From a virus (Duplodnaviria; Caudoviricetes), in IMG/VR virus record IMGVR_UViG_3300038520_002914, positions 1 through 37,444 of that record: DNA of 37,444 nt, one strand, 5' to 3'. The notes below the pieces were generated by a model. That model saw nothing but the letters and a program-made list of their open reading frames with translations. It was not told the DNA's origin and ran no database searches. The stretch's first letter is position 1. The number at the start of each line of letters is the position of its first letter. Below are positions 37,194 to 37,444 of the stretch, piece after piece. Made by a program: the position numbers and the translations under genes.

Positions 37194-37220
37194 GGGGCTG
37201 CGAGAGTAGCCCCTTTCATT
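37194..37220 (+). terminator. Probable intrinsic terminator
   Basis: GGGGCTGC-GAGA-GTAGCCCC stem with GNRA loop followed by TTTCATT. Confidence 0.7.
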
Positions 37221-37444
37221 ATGCTTACATTACAAGATACAAAAATATTCATAAAAAATTTTCACGAACACGAAACATTAAATAAAAAATTAAAAAAAGA
37301 AATAACTGAGGCAAGAAAAAATAATTTATTGGCCATGCCAAACTCTAACGACAATTGTTGGAGAAGTGTTTATAAATATAAATGCGAGAATGAATTATTA
37401 AAACCAATTAATTTAATATTATCTGAGTACATTAATCATTATTT
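37221..37444 (+). CDS. Partial ORF, possibly the N-terminus of a TIGR02466-like oxygenase
   Basis: Open to window end; HETLNKKLKKEI...SNDNCWRS resembles the LN..L...I / SN..GWQS N-terminus of that family; catalytic motifs lie outside the window. Confidence 0.45.
   Translation, partial: MLTLQDTKIFIKNFHEHETLNKKLKKEITEARKNNLLAMPNSNDNCWRSVYKYKCENELLKPINLILSEYINHY

Noticed and set aside
34534-37220. tRNA or other known RNA gene in the intergenic gaps
   Set aside because: No cloverleaf or T-arm consensus recognisable.

Overview
AT-rich, gene-dense segment of a lytic-type dsDNA tailed phage with podovirus-like architecture. By gene content and order it most resembles marine alphaproteobacterial (SAR11/pelagiphage, HTVC023P-like) phages; this is recognition, not a database result. 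Left to right: lysis genes (M15A peptidase) and small basic proteins; two adaptor-like head-tail proteins; tail/fibre genes including a tail-collar fibre; a divergently transcribed island of seven 2OG-Fe(II)/cupin oxygenases; a P22 gp10/T7 gp12-like tail protein; an eighth oxygenase, a Pro/Arg/Lys-rich peptide and two glycosyltransferases (GT-B, GT-A); putative ejection proteins; a replication module (PD-(D/E)XK exonuclease, SNF2 helicase, SSB-like protein, AEP primase, UvrD helicase, DUF3310, family A polymerase with Leu at the 762-equivalent site); and small early-type genes with a ParB-like protein, a terminator and a truncated probable ninth oxygenase. Terminase, portal and capsid genes are not in the window. 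Best candidates for undescribed biology: (1) an oxygenase plus glycosyltransferase system embedded in the tail genes, possibly modifying virion proteins; (2) an unannotated 47-aa ORF resembling ribosome-rescue factor ArfA; (3) a 14-bp RNA stem burying the start codon of the 621-aa Ser/Thr-rich tail protein; (4) several apparently leaderless promoters.
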